Below are positions 62,891-64,000 of a stretch of 64,000 nucleotides of DNA, piece after piece; position 1 is the stretch's first letter, and every line of letters starts with the position of its first letter. This DNA is from a virus, in the IMG/VR virus record IMGVR_UViG_3300037309_000121. One strand, given 5' to 3'. The translations under genes were made by a program, and so were the position numbers. Under the pieces are notes generated by a model, which was not told where the DNA came from, searched no databases, and worked only from the letters and a program-made list of their open reading frames with translations.

Positions 62891-63366
62891 TCGCGGAGCC
62901 GACAACTGACGAGCGGGCGGAGACTCAGACCCTGCTGGACAAGATCCACAGGAAGAACATCTACCTCGCGCTCCGGCTGCGAGGATTCCCGAAGCTCCAC
63001 ATGACGCTCCGGTACTACGCGGGAGCAGACCGAGACTTCTTTGCGAGCCTGTGCCTGCGGGTCGCTCAGTGGCTCGCGGATCGCGAGCCTGAGCCCTTCC
63101 GCTGCAACCTCGGCAAACGAGACATGTTCGGCCCGCGGCGGGACGTGCCGGTGCTGCTTGCGACGGAGCCCCTGCCCGCGTGGGTCGAGGAGCTCAGGAA
63201 CCTCGTGCCATCGCACGACACCTACGACAGGTTCCGACCGCACGTGTCGACCAGGAGCGAGGAGCCAGGGATTTATCTCTTCGACAGTGTCGCAGTCATG
63301 CACCGCAAGGAGGTCCTCTGCCAGTGGGCTCTCCGCACGAGACAGGAGAATCAGCTGTGGGAATGA
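62887..63366 (+). CDS. 2H phosphoesterase, Acb1-like
   Basis: LHMTLRY and HDTYDRFRPHVST = two HxT/S motifs. Confidence 0.75.
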   Translation: MIAEPTTDERAETQTLLDKIHRKNIYLALRLRGFPKLHMTLRYYAGADRDFFASLCLRVAQWLADREPEPFRCNLGKRDMFGPRRDVPVLLATEPLPAWVEELRNLVPSHDTYDRFRPHVSTRSEEPGIYLFDSVAVMHRKEVLCQWALRTRQENQLWE

Positions 63367-63930
63367 ACGCTCGGATCACGCTCCGCATCCTCGACAAGGA
63401 GCACCAGGACTGCTCGCTGAACACGTTCAACAAGCTCCGGTCAAAGTACAGCGAGGCGAGGTACGCCATCGACGACCACGGGAACCCAACCGGCAACGAA
63501 GGTTCTTGGCGAGGCTTCGAGGAAGACCTGAAGTCGTTCACGCTCCAGGAGCCCGGTCTCCACCTCCAGCTCGACATCACCGCCGACTACGGCGAGCCCT
63601 ACGTCAACCGATTCTACTTCTACGGCGGCGGGATGCAGAAGTGCAAGCCGGAGCTGGTTTACCCCCCAATTCGACCAAACGAAGCTCGTCCCGCAGCCGC
63701 GGATCCTGCCGAAGGGCACGGAGCCGGTCAAGGCCGTTGGCAACTGGGTCGAGCCGCCGGAGGGCGGAGAGGTCCAGCTCGTATGGACGCTGAGCAGGAG
63801 CGACCGCCAGATCACGAGGACCGACTCGGAGCTCAGGTCGTTCTTCGCCCGCCGAGGGGAGCAGATCCCGAGCGGCCTGAGGCAGCACCACGTCGACACC
63901 TACTTCGCGGCGATGACGGAAGACGACTGA
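63363..63930 (+). pseudogene. Hypothetical gene apparently split by a one-base shift in a C6 tract
   Basis: ATG 63363 frame reads ...KCKPELVY; phage-like codons continue in the +1 frame (PQFDQTKLVPQPRIL...MTEDD, TGA 63928-63930). Confidence 0.5.
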
Positions 63931-64000
63931 TGGACAAGGAACGCCTCAGCAGGACCGAGGAGGACGGGGTCTGTCACGGCTCGATCCTCCGGCGGGCTGC
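63930..64000 (+). CDS. Start of next hypothetical gene, truncated by window end
   Basis: TGATG overlap; MDKERLSRTEEDGVCHGSILRRA. Confidence 0.45.
   Translation, partial: MDKERLSRTEEDGVCHGSILRRA

Noticed and set aside
1-64000. Integrase, repressor switch, att sites or host flanks indicating a prophage
   Set aside because: No tyrosine or serine recombinase motif and no bacterial housekeeping genes recognised; lifestyle cannot be settled from this window

Overview
The window is part of one high-GC tailed-phage (siphovirus-like) genome; no host genes, integrase or CRISPR array are visible. Almost all genes lie on the + strand, often coupled by ATGA/GTGA overlaps. Order: (i) 1-1.8 kb accessory fibre/esterase genes; (ii) 1.9-4.2 kb small hypothetical and Zn-ribbon genes; (iii) 4.2-29.9 kb head and tail module (TerL, portal, MuF, scaffold, major capsid, connectors, tail tube, chaperone with -1 frameshift, tape measure, tail tip), resembling YuA/M6/PaMx11-type Mesyanzhinovviridae; (iv) 29.9-33.1 kb phosphoesterase, Cas4-like nuclease, the only convincing minus-strand gene and a repeat-rich non-coding region; (v) 33.1-55.8 kb replication and nucleotide metabolism (SNF2 and RecD-like helicases, SSB, class II RNR, PolA, primase-helicase) containing a thymidine-hypermodification cluster; (vi) 55.8-64 kb accessory genes (SLOG, DUF932, second MTase, sigma factor, GHKL ATPase, Acb1-like 2H phosphoesterase). 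Most notable observations: a secreted beta-helix protein with a Phycisphaerae-type dockerin-like tag inserted in the tail operon, hinting at a Planctomycetota host; a PaMx11-like hypermodification operon with an amino-methyltransferase coupled inside it; a non-canonical tRNA-like gene; an in-frame TAG at a Gln position of a fibre repeat; and a GACTCAG/GANTC repeat cluster. All family assignments come from motifs read by eye and recalled family knowledge; no searches or folding programs were run.
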